Part shown: piece after piece, positions 22,376-35,160 of the stretch
Numbering within the stretch: the first letter of the stretch is position 1
Layout: every line of letters starts with the position of its first letter
DNA from: Trypanosoma brucei
Taxonomy: Eukaryota
DNA length: 64,000 nucleotides
Assembly: GCA_000002445.1 (NCBI GenBank)
Contig: CH464491.1
Span: 4,480,001 to 4,544,000, forward strand
Reading direction: 5' to 3'
Position numbers and translations under genes: made by a program
Notes under the pieces: model-generated
The model's database searches: none
What the model was told of the DNA's origin: nothing
Seen by the model: only the letters and a program-made list of their open reading frames with translations

Positions 22376-25300
22376 CCCTGGCGATACCGGCCACCTCAAC
22401 GTGGTGCCAGGGTCCAGTACCCCGTATCATCGGGGGAAGCCAAGAGCCAGCAGCTTTCCTTTCATGGGGAACACTGCTGTGCTCCGGCTACGGCATCATA
22501 CAGCACAGGGATCAGCAGCGTCTTGCTGGGACACCGTCTTTCATTTGTCGGTCCCTGGTCACGTGCCAGTGTGCCATCAGCAGTATCATCCGCACTAAGA
22601 TGCTGCTGTCCGGTGATGTGGAAGAGAATCCCGGCCCGTCGTTGCGCGGGATGCAGTGGAACTGCGCCGGGCTATCTCAAGGAAAGAGATTAGCACTCCA
22701 CAAAACCCTTGTTGATGAGCGGATCGCCTTTTGTCTGTTGAGCGAGACAAGGATGACGCCTGGAGTGGCGGCTTGCTTTAGTGTTGCTGGCTACCAACAT
22801 CACGGAATAGCTCGTAACTGCAAAGGAGGTGGTGTATCAATACTAGTGAGGGAGGACCTACCAGTCGAGACCGGTATGGCCGTTATTGGTCGCATTGAAA
22901 AAGTGCATGCAACAATTCACCTTGCACGTGGAACGGCGCTGACTGTCACGTCGGCATACATCCAACCAAAACACACCTTCACGGCAACTGACCTAGATAC
23001 GCTTCTGACGACTGACGGTGCCCAGCTCATCGGTGCAGAGGCTAACGCACACGCGTTGGCATGGGATCGCGCGAGCCCACCAAATACCAAGGGTGAAACC
23101 CTCACACAGTGGTGCATTGACAACCAGTTTCTGGTCTGCAACACTGGTGAGTGCACCAGGTACGCGCGCCACCACGGGGAGTCCACCCCTGATGTGACAC
23201 TGTCAAGGAATTGCACAGTGTACACGTGGACATCGCTGTATTCTCCCGATAGCGATCACCATCACATATTTTTCGACGTTATCGTTGGAGACGACACAGA
23301 TGCACTGAGTTGCCCGCGGCTTCGAAAGCCCATGTACGCATGGCTAAAAGCTAACTGGAGGAATTTCCGTCTCAAGGTTGACGAGCTCTGCAGGAAAATT
23401 GGTAGAGAAAAGAACATCAACACCCTGAAACAGAAATTGAGCTCCGCCATCCGCATTGCGACGAAGGTCTCCGTCCCCCGTGGCTGCAGAGCAACGCCAC
23501 CACATTGGACACCTGAGCTCGCGAAACTCGATGAAGAGATCGCTGGATGCGGACCCTCCCACCGAAGGGAAAAGTTGGTAGCCACGCGTAAGCAGATCCT
23601 GGACCGTACAACAAAGAAGAGATGGAGCACGCTATGCTCCAGACTTGCGGTGTCAGACCGCTGCAGTTGGCACATTGTCAAGAAGGTATATGCGCCACGA
23701 CCACTAACCACACCGGCTGTACTTGTTGATAACGCGGCCATCACGGACTACCGTCAAGCTGAGAGGTTCAGTAAACTGTACTCGTCCCGCGCAAGAAGGC
23801 ACCCCGACTCACACCCACCGGCACCCATAAAGATGACAAAGAGTGAGTTCAGTCCCATCACTATGGCTGAACTACGGAGATCGATCAAACTGCTACCGAG
23901 TGGATCCGCAGCCGGACCTGATTGCTTATACAACGAGGCACTGCAACATCTCGGTAGAACAGCGCTGAATGTTGTTCTGAGGCTATTCAATGAGAGCCTA
24001 CGAACGGGAGTCGTGCCGCCTGCATGGAAGACTGGTGTTATCATCCCCATCCTGAAGGCCGGAAAAAAGGCGGAGGACCTCGATTCTTACAGGCCTGTGA
24101 CGCTCACGAGCTGTCTCTGCAAAGTCATGGAGCGCATAATTGCCGCGAGGCTTAGAGACACTGTTGAGTCCCAGCTGACGCCGCAGCAATCAGGCTTTCG
24201 CCCCGGATGCTCAACGCTCGAACAACTCCTGCACGTCCGCGCTGCCCTCTGCCGTCCCACGCACCAATATCGTACGGGTGCTGTATTCGTCGACTACGAG
24301 AAGGCATTCGATACAGTAGACCACGACAAAATTGCGAGGGAAATGCACAGAATGAAGGTATCACCCCACATTGTGAAGTGGTGCGTATCATTTCTGAGTA
24401 ACCGAACTGGCAGAGTGAGATTCAAGGAGAAGCTCTCCAGAAGCAGAACATTTGAGCGAGGAGTGTCACAAGGAACTGTCCTTGGCCCAATCATGTTCAT
24501 TATTGTCATGAACTCGTTGAGCCAATGCCTTGCAGAAGTGCCGTTACTGCAGCATGGATTCTTTGCAGACGACCTGACGCTATTTTCGAGGCACACAGAG
24601 AGGGATGTCATCAACCACACACTACAGTGCGGCCTAAACGTGGTGTTACAGTGGTCACAAGAGTACTTCATGTTTGTCAACGTAGCGAAAACAAAGTGCA
24701 CACTCTTCGGGTGTATAGAGCGCCACCCCCTTACATTACAACTGGACGGCGAAAGAATAGGAGCTGACAGGACACCGAAGCTTCTAGGAGTAACATTCCA
24801 GTGTCTGCAAGGGATGGCAACACATGCGGCAGAGACAAGACGCAAGATGGACTTCAGACTACTGCAGATAGCAGCCATCTCAGCTTCTACATGGGGGCCA
24901 AGACGACAAGTGCTGAGAGCTTTTTATCTAGCACTCGTACAGGCACACACCATGTATGGCATCGAGGTATGGTACTGGGACGCTTCGAAACGAAGTCGCG
25001 ATCTCCTTTCAGCAGCACAACACAAAGCCAGTTGCATCATAGCTGGCATACCCCATGGGACGCGCAAAGAGGACTCTCTGCTGGAAGAAAACCTCCTGCC
25101 ACTCAAGACGGCCACTCTTGTGCGCAGCATGAAATTCATGCTGATGTGTGAGTCACGAGGCGGATGTTTGCGGCACAGTGCTGAGGAAGTATACCACAGC
25201 AAACACCCAGTCAGAGCCCTACATTCCCGCATCATGCGGTCCTACCCCCACCTCCACATTGAGCCACGCGAGCACCCACTAGAGACATCGACGCTCCGCC

Positions 25301-25458
25301 ACAGCTGCCGACCGTTATTTCACACGCAGATAAAGCCTGTGTGCGCTGATGACCCTGACGATGTCAAAAGAGAGGCTTCCGAAAAGTGGATTGCACGGCA
25401 TTTTGCACGGAGGGGGATAGGAGCCACCGCGGCGAGAGCACTACGAATTGTAGACTGA
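22324..25458 (+). pseudogene. ingi ORF fragment 1: 2A-like peptide, AP-endonuclease and reverse-transcriptase domains.
   Basis: 1044-aa ORF with the motifs above. A full ingi ORF (~1650 aa) is interrupted here by frame changes at ~25460 and ~26540-26670. Confidence 0.8.
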
Positions 25459-25465
25459 TGGATCC

Positions 25466-26533
25466 GTGTCCCTCGGTGAGAAGTCCGGGGCAGCTGCCCT
25501 GCTCTATAGAAACAACACGCTGATTTGTGCACCCAAAACCGAAGCAGGGGAACTCTCATGCAGTTACAGAGCGGAATGCGTAGCATTAGAGATAGGACTG
25601 CAACGGCTGCTGAAATGGCTTCCGGCATACAGAAGCACACCGAGCAGGTTGTCCATCTTCTCTGACTCGCTGTCAATGTTAACAGCCCTGCAGGCAGGTC
25701 CACTAGCCGTAACGGACCCAATTCTGAGACGACTATGGAGGCTTCTGCTTCAAGTTCAGAGAAGGAAGGTGCGTATCCGACTGCAATTTGTGTTTGGCCA
25801 TTGTGGCGTGAAACGGAATGAGGTTTGTGATGAAATGGCCAAAAAGGCTGCAGATTTACCACAGTTGCGAGACACATGGATCCCCAACATCATTGCTTAT
25901 GCGAAGCGAGTGCTTAGGTCGGAAGAAGTCCATGAGAACACTCATAGGTTTGGTGTCACGGGCAACCACTTTCCAACAAAACATAAAGAAGAACTAACGA
26001 GGGAAGAAGAAACGGCACTGGCACGCTTTCGGGTTGGGTCTTCAAGACACTATGGATGGATGTTGCGAAAGATCAACCCGAGTGTGCCTCCACAGTGCCG
26101 ATGGTGTAACCCGCAACATGCAGCGATAGGACCAACAATACAAACAGCCCCAACTGTTGCGACACGCATTCTTCATAAAACCTCCGAACCGACCAAATGT
26201 ACGGAATGTGATGCCACATACCAATGCCACTCAAGTGCTGTAACGCATATGGTAAACAAACACGGCTTTGTGCGAGCTGATGCACTCCGGAGGATCAAAT
26301 ACGGCGATGCAACACCTGCAGTGGACATCCCCCCGGAGCCCCCTCCAGTGGTGGCGATCGTTCCTTTACCATCGAGCACACGAGTCCCGATGAGACCGCA
26401 GGTGCTTCATTGTACCCTCTGTGCCTCCAAATTCGCAGTGCCAGGCCGACTATTACACCACCTTAGAACAATACATGGCATAGGCAGCGGTAGTTGCCGC
26501 GTGAAAAGGGGGCGAGAGAACGAGGACTCATAG
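25466..26533 (+). pseudogene. ingi ORF fragment 2: RNase H-like region plus C2H2 zinc fingers.
   Basis: 355-aa ORF. CTECDATYQCHSSAVTHMVNKHGF and LHCTLCASKFAVPGRLLHHLRTIHG are C2H2 fingers. Confidence 0.7.
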
Positions 26534-26671
26534 CAAGGAGATGGTAGAGCCCCAGCAGCGCCAGCCTCTCAGGATACACGGAAGCTGCCGTTTCAATGTG
26601 ACCTGTGCGAGGCGAGCTTCGGTACACGTTCTTCCCTGTCACTACACAAGAAATTCAAACATAAGAGCATA

Positions 26672-27421
26672 GTGACGGAGGACGGTACCGTGGTGTTGGT
26701 GCAATTCCCTCGTAAGCGTGCCCGTGAGGGAAACGTTGACGTCCCGGGGAAGGGCGAGGTGCAGTGCGGTGTGTGCCAAAAAGTGCTCAGTTGCAGGGAC
26801 TCCCTCATCCGACACTGCAAGGCTTTTCACAAAGGTGAGGGAGTCGAGCTTAAATGCAGCAAAAGCACAAAATTTTGTGCCACTGATTCCCCGCATACAA
26901 ACACATCCATGTTGGTTTGCCAGACATGCGGAAGGCAGTGTGCTAGCAAAACTGGCCTCACCCTATATCAAAAGAAGATGCACGGTATGAAGGTAGAGCA
27001 CGCTGTTACCAGCCAACGCGGCGACTGCGAAGAAACGTCGCTGCACCTGATGAGCTGTCTTGGTTTGAAGGAGTTACGTGTCAGGTTTGCGGTAGAAGGT
27101 GTGTGTGTGCAGGATGTATGTTTTTCTAAAAGGCTGGCGCAGTTTCTTATTGCAGTTGAACGGGGCCGGCTGCAGGTGCTTAGCACAATGGTGTCGATGT
27201 TCTCAGCTTCGGCGCAGGTCGTGCTTTTGTCTTCTTGCGTTGTGTCCGCACATGTTTCTCCTCCAGGTGTCCCTGTGATCTGCTGTGAGCACAGTGCTTT
27301 ATTCAGCTTGGCCTTAATTTCCGTTATTAGGCTTTTGGCGTTAGTGTCCATAGGTTTGCTTTTTAGTGTCGTCACTAGGTCTGCCGTTTCCTCTGCAGTG
27401 CTGTTGACTACCAACTTTTGA
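26672..27421 (+). pseudogene. ingi ORF fragment 3: C-terminal C2H2 fingers.
   Basis: CGVCQKVLSCRDSLIRHCKAFH and CQTCGRQCASKTGLTLYQKKMH. The overlapping ORF 26593-26820(-) and the alternative frames are not coding. Confidence 0.65.
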
Positions 27422-28335
27422 AGTCCCGTCAGCTCGGTGTTTGTTGGGGGTTTTTGTTTCTTGTTACATTAGCTGGTTGGGTCTTTGACTTGTTTCCGTG
27501 GCTGTAACCAGTTTGGCCACTGTGCTTGCCAGCCGACACCGGCTGTCTGAGAACAATACTTTTCTTTGCGAGCTTCCCACCCGTTTTTCCCTCTGGAGTG
27601 CCGAAAATCTCTTTCCACTTCTGGGAAGCCAAAGACATGTTCAGTTTGACGAGTTGGTCGAATTCAGTGGGCACGTCCGGTGCCTTATACGTTTGCAATT
27701 TCATCCTTTCCGCTACGTCCCAGTCCGGACACAAAGCATAAAACGGTACTAGTGCGTCTCCTACGGCTCAGTTTCCATGTCTGATTGCAGTCGAGACTAA
27801 CATAATTACAGCTTTAACAATGAATTGCATTTTGTTCCGCGGCCACTGGTGAAAATCACCCGGTGGTGCTAAAAAATGACTAAACCTTTAGATTAATATT
27901 AACATCTTAAAGACTGTAAATATTTATTGTAACACAACAGTTAAACTGCTTTTGCTGAATATTTCTTGTGCATTTCGCTACCAAACCGTTGCCTGAAATT
28001 CGAAAGTTGGTTACATTTAAAAAATCTAATTTTCTGCCATTAATCGCATATATTTGAATATTCCAGTGCTCTTTTCTTGTAAATCTCTTTACTTTCAACT
28101 CTCTATGCAAGGTAAACGTTTTAAAAATCAATTTAACTTTATCTTCTCAAGAAATAGTCTGTCCTGGTAAATGAATAAACGAAGCCTTTACAGTCACCCA
28201 ACTATTGGGAATAGTAAAAAATATCTCCTCATAATTTAATCCAATCATTCCTCTCCTCAAAACAAATCTCTATCCAACAGCTTCTTCCAACACAGCACTA
28301 CATATTAGCAACGGTTTGTAAATACTCTGCTCTGA

Positions 28336-28830
28336 CTACCATTCACCACTTCCCTTTAGTAACTCTCCAAATGCATATTCAAACCTTTTAAATGCCCAAA
28401 CTCTTGCGATTATATTTCCACTACTAAGATAAGGTTTTCCACTTGGAGTTGATTTCAGTAAATGAGGTAACTCTTTATTCTCTTCTTTCCTGTCAGCCAC
28501 ATTAAAAAACCAAAAACATCTCTGCACATGCTCCTTGTGAACATCTTCTTCACTAAACTTATCTTCATTTTCCGCCGTATTTTCTATAAAATATTCCACC
28601 GAGTTCTCATATTTATTTCCATCACGAGCGCTACCTATAACGTCATACCCATCAACTTATATTACAATATCCTCATAACTTGCATTCTGTCTTTCCAAAA
28701 ACTCCATAACCCATCTAGGTCTTTTAACATGGCTATATAAACCTCCCATCGCAATTGTAATAATTTCAACATGGCTTAGTTTTGCACTCAATATTAGTCT
28801 GCACCATCCTTGAGTTGCATGAGTTTACAC
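28336..28830 (-). pseudogene. Glycosyltransferase-like (possibly ESAG3-related) pseudogene, copy 1.
   Basis: Fragments ...GGLYSHVKRPRWVMEFLERQNASYEDIVI*VDGYDVIGSARDG... and MEYFIENTAENEDKFSEEDVHKEHVQRCFWFFNVADRKEENKELPHLLKSTPSGKPYLSSGNIIARVWAFKRFEYAFGELLKGSGEW. It contains a DxD-like hLDrSDViv/vDkCDVii motif. The assignment to ESAG3 (nucleotide-diphospho-sugar transferase fold) is from memory and uncertain. There are internal stops. Confidence 0.4.
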
Positions 28831-29904
28831 TAAAAATACAAACACTCTGGGTTTCTTAGTGTAATTCACTGACACTTTGTTTATGTTATTTATTTTCTCA
28901 CTTTCAAAAGATACTGTACTTAAATACACAATGTAATAACAGCGGTAGTAGTAAATTTCTCAATATACAAAACTTTATTGCCTAATATACCTTTATAATT
29001 TTATTCTGTTATTAGAAAAAATGTAGAAAACTCAAGAAAGATAAGCCAGATGTACTACTAAGCTGTTTAGTTAAGAAATAGTTTTATATACATAGGTATC
29101 GACTTGATATTGTTATGATGTATCTGCTGCTACATGTTTGCTTAGTGTGTGCAGCTTCTCTTTGAGCGTGCATCTACAGTCTTTTGTTTTAGAAGTCAGT
29201 TTTAGCAACAGCTGGTGCAGAGCACGCTAGAGTAATTCTACTTCTTTATTGCATTCTTTACATTTCACCTCTACACATAGTTATGTTGATGGAAGTAGCT
29301 GATTGCACTGATTAGTTCAGATATACTAGAAATTTTACCAGTTGCGTGTGCTAGCTATTCCAATTACACGGTTTCCATCATAAGACTCCCATCAGCGTAG
29401 CGTTTAAAGCTGCTGCTACTGCAATCATCTCTGAAAAGAATGTATCCATTATCAGTATAATACCGCAAATTTGTGGGTTATCCTCTTTATCATCAAGTAT
29501 CATTTTGTTTTTCGCCGTGCACTCGCATATATTTTTACTTCACTCCGTACTTTCTTTAATTTCTTTTCGTCTTCTGTTTCTTTTCCTATCGGTAATGATA
29601 ACGTAGCAACTCCATTTAGACTCTACACTGGACTGTTTCGCGCCTTCGTTTCCTCTTTAGTTAGCTCGATGTGTGTATAATACAAATTTTCATAGTTGCA
29701 GAAAAAGCTACACATATTACAGCTACATTTTTTTCTTCCTTCCCTTGACTTTCCTTCATCAATATTTTTCCTTCCCCTCGTCGTTCTATCTCATATTCAT
29801 TTACTCCCATTGCATCATTTTTCATATAGTACCCTTAGAATTAGTTTAAGTGCTTCTATTTCTGGTCTCCAGATGGTCCATACAACTTCTCTTATTATAA
29901 TATT

Positions 29905-29933
29905 TGTATATAAACACACTCATAACACTCTCC

Positions 29934-30015
<82 letters not shown>

Positions 30016-30819
30016 TAATTATTTTTATTAATTAATTATTATTATTAATTATTATTATTATTATTATTATTATATTATTATTATTATTATTATTATTTAT
30101 TANNNNNNNNNNNNNNNNNNNNNNNNNNNNNNNNNNNNNNNNNNNNNNNNNNNNNNNNNNNNNNNNNNNNNNNNNNNNNNNNNNNNNNNNNNNNNNNNNN
30201 NNAGGTATTATTATTATAATTAGTATAAGTATTATTAATATTATTATTATTAGTATTAGTATTAGTATTAGTATTAATAATATTATTAGTATTAGTATTA
30301 TTATTAGTATTAGTATTAGTATTATTAATAGTATTATTATTAATTATTATTAGTATTAGTAGTAGTATTATATTTATTATTATTATTAGTATTAGTATTA
30401 GTATTAGTATTATTATTAGTATTAGTATATTTATTATTATTAGTATTAGTATTATTATTATTAGTATTAGTATTAGTATTAGTATTAGTATTATTATTAT
30501 TATTAGTATTAGTATTATTATTATTATTAGTATTAGTATTATTATTAGTATTAGTATTAGTATTATTACTAGTATTATTATTATTATTATTAGTATTAGT
30601 ATTAGTATTAGTATTAGTATTATTATTATTATTAGTATTAGTATTATTATTAGTATTAGTATTAGTATTATTACTAGTATTATTATTATTATTATTAGTA
30701 TTAGTATTAGTATTAGTATTATTATTATTATTATTATTACTATTAGTATTATTATTATTATTAGTATTAGTATTAGTATTAGTATTAGTATTAGTATTAG
30801 TATTATTATTATTAGTATT

Positions 30820-30862
<43 letters not shown>

Positions 30863-31235
30863 GTATTAGTATTAGTATTATTACTAGTATTATTATTATT
30901 ATTATTAGTATTAGTATTAGTATTAGTATTATTATTATTATTATTATTAGTATTAGTATTAGTATTAGTATTAGTATTAGTATTAGTATTAGTATTATTA
31001 TTATTATTAGTATTAGTATTATTATTATTATTAGTATTAGTATTATTATTAGTATTAGTATTAGTATTATTACTAGTATTATTATTATTATTATTAGTAT
31101 TAGTATTAGTATTAGTATTAGTATTAGTATTAGTATTAGTATTAGTATTAGTATTAGTATTAGTATTAGTATTATTATTATTATTAGTATTAGTATTATT
31201 ATTATTATTAGTATTAGTATTAGTATTACAAGATA
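29905..31235 (-). repeat. 70-bp-repeat region: core (ggagagtgttatgagtgtgtttatata on the minus strand) plus a massively expanded (TAA)n / (ATTAGT)n array. Contains the 30103-30202 N gap.
   Basis: Long (tta)n then (attagt)n/(att)n mixtures seen directly. The conserved VSG-upstream 70-bp core motif is at 29905-29935. The predicted 385-aa poly-I/L ORF here is an artefact of the repeat. Confidence 0.8.
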
Positions 31236-31419
31236 AACAAAATGAACCAATTCATAGTAGCACTAATTTTGTACTCTCTGTTATCCTTCTACTTTACATC
31301 AACACGTCACTTTCATACATAATATACCAAGTTTTTACATTTTTTAATCCTTAAATTTCATTATATTTCTTTTTCTTTACAAACAATGTTAAAATATATC
31401 AAATGTTAAAAATTCTCTC

Positions 31420-33023
31420 GAAAAAGCAAGTTTTCATAAAATTAAAAAAAACACTTATAATAATCAAAATACAAGCAACTCACAAAACCAGAAACAATCA
31501 GAGCCAATTTCTTATTGACGAGAAAACTACCATTTCATAACTTTTCCGTATCCTTGTCATCCTCATTATCTTTGCCTTATCTAAATGCACGGCTTTGCTT
31601 GTCGCCTGTTTTTCTAGCGACGCAAACCTTCTTGTTGGTTCCGTGTTTTGACACACAGTTGAAGCTGTTCCCTCTGTAAACGTATCTCCTTTTCCCTCTG
31701 TGTTTGTCTGCTCTTTAACGTTGCTTTCATCTACTACGCACTTTCCATCTGTTTCTCTCTTTCCTTTCCATTTGCAGCCCTTTTGGACAAATTTTTCGTT
31801 ATTTTTGTGTTGTTTGCAGTCGTTGTTAGATGATTTTGGGGATACTGTCACACTGTTTTGGGTTAGTACTATTCCCAGTGAGTGCTCCACCGCTGCATAA
31901 GCAGTCGTATTCAGGTGCTCCGCCTTGGCCAGGACCTTTTTGTCGTCGTGGTTTGCTGTGTCTAGACTTTTGAGCGCTGTTTCTGCCTTGGCGGCTTCGT
32001 CTATCCAGGCTATATTGGCTTTCTTTGTTGCACCGTCTTTATGGCTTACGCACATGCCCCCGGCCGCTGAGGACTGGCCGCAGCAGCCGCCATTTGCATT
32101 GCCTTCGAGGTTTCCTAGAACGAAAAACTTGTCTGCGCCGCTTCCTTTTGGCTTACTGATCATTGAGAGTAGGCTTTGAATTGATCCTGTTATCGCGTCG
32201 GTTGAGGCCGCTGCAGGCTTTGAGAAGTTAGCGCATTGCGTTGTGAGGTGCTCGAATATCGCTTTGCCGGTTGTGGCACTGGTCCATTGTACATCTGGCG
32301 TCGGAGTGCATGCTTCGCAGCACGTTTTGGGTTTGGCTCAGACTTCGCCTGATTTTGCACAGACACATAGAAAGTCATTTCCGAGAGATGTGCCCGACAG
32401 CGTCCCCTTGTTGCCGCTCGCTGCGCCGCATTCGGCGTTTTGGTCGACGGCGTGCCCTACTCCAGCCTCCGCTGTGGCCGCAGGGCCTCCGTAAATGGCC
32501 TGCTCGGCTGCTGTTGTGAACGCCGATTTTTTGGTTTGTGGGCCGGTTATCGCTGAGTTCGTGCTATATTAGAATGCCCGTTCCGCTAAAGCTTTAAGGT
32601 GTTTTTTGTGCGCTCCAGAATGTTCGCTGCGTTTTTGAGCTCTCTTTCCTTTTGGTTTTTTGCCAGCTGTTGCCTAGATGCCAGCCATAAGTCATAGTAC
32701 TTGCCCCAGCTCGCTACAGCATCGGGCGGGTCCTTTGGTCTGTTTGGGTGGTTTTTTTTGGTCTGACTCCCTTCAGGGTCGAACAGGTTTCTAAAGTTCT
32801 CCGGGGATGCGGACATATTCAGAGCTCCAACGTCAGCCACTAGTGCTTTCAGTTCCGTAGTTACTTCGGCTGCCTCTGGTGGCGCCGTCAGAGCGTTGTA
32901 GAAGCCACAAAGGGTGCTGAACGCTGCCGCATTCGTGCTTTCGCCCGTTGTTGCCGTCTCGCCGATGTCGGTACTCTTTAAGATTGCTACAGTTAGTACA
33001 ATTACCCACTGTAATGCATTCAT
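31420..33023 (-). pseudogene. VSG: VSG pseudogene: frameshifted, N-terminal domain plus C-terminal domain.
   Basis: The N-terminal ORF 32586-33023 has a signal peptide (MNALQWVIVLTVAILK...). Downstream fragments sit in two other frames (32190-32378 and 31498-32163, with CKWKGK...). The GPI signal FLVNKKLALIVSGFVSCL is in a shifted frame. The 3'UTR 16-mer tgatatattttaacat is at ~31385-31400 on the minus strand. Confidence 0.8.
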
Positions 33024-33192
33024 TTCTTTGGTGTATTTAGTTTTTTAAAAGCTACTATCGCTGTGAGGGTAAGAATAGAATTTAAAGTATTGTTACTTTC
33101 TGACATCAGTACCGTTCCAAAGTTGTGTTGACAACTTTACATTTGTTTTCTTGCTTCCCAAGCAGGTTTAGACCCTTACACCTTCTTGTCTT

Positions 33193-34083
33193 TTACATAC
33201 CACTTTCTTTAAACATCCAACCACAAATTTTACCAAATTCAAAATCCCATTTCTTTCCATCTGTTGCTGAAGCTTGTGTTTTCCCATAATATCTTGTACG
33301 GAACTTCCTTGTATCCAGCATTTTGTACCAAATAGGATTTTTTCCAATCAACTTTGCTTTCTCTTTCCATGCAATTGGTAGACCTTGAAAATGAATGAAT
33401 AGAGCATCTCCAACTTCTACACCATGCGGAATACAAATGAATCTCTCTTTATAATCCAATTATCCCATTAATCAACAAAACATTTTCACCCACAACTTCT
33501 TCCTGAATTGCTCTCCAAATTAATAAGGGTTTATAAATACTTTGCTCTCACCACCATTCATCCCTTTGAATAACTCTTCAAAGGCAAATTCAAATTTCTC
33601 AAAAATCCATACCATTGCTATTAAACCTCCACCAGTAAGATAGGGTTTTACACTTGGAGGTGATTTCAGTAAATGAGGTAACTTCTTGTTCTCTTCTTTC
33701 CTGTGCGCAACATTAAAAAAACAATAATTTCTTTGTACATGCTCTTTGTAATCTGAGTGCAAAATAAAGTCCAACTGAGGTACATAGCAGTCGGATGTTG
33801 CCATGAATAGAATTGTGGAAATCTTTTCTCTTTTAATATATCTTCTTAACTAAACTTATCTTCCATCCCTGCAGTATTTTGTATAAAATACTTTACTGCA
33901 TTCCCATACATTCTCCTGATCATAAACAATGACATCAGATCTATCCAAATGAATTACAATATCCTCATCACTCGCATTCTGCTTCTCTAAAAATTCCATA
34001 ACCCATCTAGGCCTTTTAACATGGCTATATAAACCTCCTATCGAAGTTTTAATAATTTCAACATTGCTTAGTTTCGCACTCAA
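33193..34083 (-). pseudogene. Glycosyltransferase-like (ESAG3-like?) pseudogene, copy 2: the longest copy, in three frames.
   Basis: MSAKLSNVEIIKTSIGGLYSHVKRPRWVMEFLEKQNASDEDIVIHLDRSDVIVYDQE..., then ...YKEHVQRNYCFFNVAHRKEENKKLPHLLKSPPSVKPYLTGGGLIAMVWIFEKFEFAFEELFKG..., then ...ICIPHGVEVGDALFIHFQGLPIAWKEKAKLIGKNPIWYK... These are homologous to copies 1 and 3. Confidence 0.4.
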
Positions 34084-35094
34084 TATTTTTCTATATAATC
34101 CTTGAGTTATTGTCGTTGGAACTACAACTACAATAATTCTGGATTTTTATTGTCATCATCGGTTATGTTTGTCTTTGTTATATCCTCTTGAAGTGATATA
34201 GCACTTCGACACACTAAATGTAATATAACCAATAAATCTTTCAAGATACATAACTTTATGTCATAAAATACTTTAATGAATGAAAGGAATGTGTAAAACA
34301 TTTTTTGAATGTATATAAACTTGTACACTAAGTTTTTTAGTTGAAGAAACAGTGTTAACAAATATAAACAATATCTTTATATAGTTTAGATATGGGTTTT
34401 GAAAGAAATGCGCGTCGTGTCTAAAACTTATGTTTGAGCACACACTTGCGGTCCCTGTCTTAGAAGTTTGCTTCTGTCACGGCTAGCACCTCACACTATG
34501 ATTCTTTTGCTTTCACTTGCATTTATCGCATTTTTTAATTATGCATTTTTATGGTTATTACAGCAGGTAGGTGCACTATTAGTGGATACATACTGAGAAT
34601 TTTACTAATTTATACTGATAAATATTCTAAACATCGGATTTCATAAGGCCCTGATCGGAGTAGCTGTAATAACTACCGCACTGTTTTTGCTAGCATCATC
34701 TCCACCGCCGCGTCTCTCTATTATATAGTGAATCGTGGAGCACAACATTCTCCTGTATTATTTCTTTCTTTTTTACCTTCTGTCGCTGTTTTTATGGATA
34801 AATTGGAGTCACCAATTTGTCCTGCAATCCCTCTTTCCTTATTGTCCCCTCCATCTTATCTCTGTGTATGATGATTCCCATAGTAATGTTTATGTTTAAA
34901 ACTGAACATCTTTCACATTTTCACTTTCTCCTATTAATTATGTCTTTGTGCGTATCTTTTAATAACACTCTCAGTATTCCCATTCACTCTTTTACTCCAA
35001 CAATACCCTTGCCATTGTTTTAAATTCTTCTCTTTTGTTCAAGCTACATGGTCTTTACAGAACCTCCAATCTTCTTATATTAATAGTATGCACA

Positions 35095-35160
35095 AACTCA
35101 TAACACACTCCTACCACTATCATAATCATCATTATTATTACTGTTATAACCCTAAATCAC
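35095..35160 (-). repeat. 70-bp-repeat unit (single, minus orientation).
   Basis: cacaaactcataacacactcctaccactatcataatcatcattattattactgt is the reverse complement of (TAA/TGA)n + GGAGTGTGTTATGAGTTTGTG. Confidence 0.7.

Larger units (their letters stand above)
22376..27876 (+). mobile_element. ingi (RIME-flanked) non-LTR retrotransposon, degenerate: the ORF is broken into at least three frames.
   Basis: 5' end ccctggcgataccggccacctcaacgtggtgccagggtccagtaccccgtatcatcgggggaagccaagagccagcagc matches the conserved RIME/ingi 5' terminus from memory. The encoded protein has a 2A-like DVEENPGP (nt ~22612-22641), APE-type endonuclease motifs (LLSETR...AGYQHHG...GGGVSILV), RT motifs including FADDLTLF, and C2H2 fingers downstream. 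The poly-A end is at ~27871-27876; the 3' boundary is ±200 bp. Confidence 0.85.

Noticed and set aside
22334-22693. Alternative-frame ORFs (119 aa and 65 aa) at the ingi 5' end.
   Set aside because: They overlap the main ingi ORF, which carries the recognisable 2A/endonuclease motifs. They are out-of-frame noise.
30093-31250. 385-aa ORF made of ILILIL...
   Set aside because: It is a translation of the (TAA)n/(ATTAGT)n 70-bp-repeat expansion and includes an N gap. Not coding.
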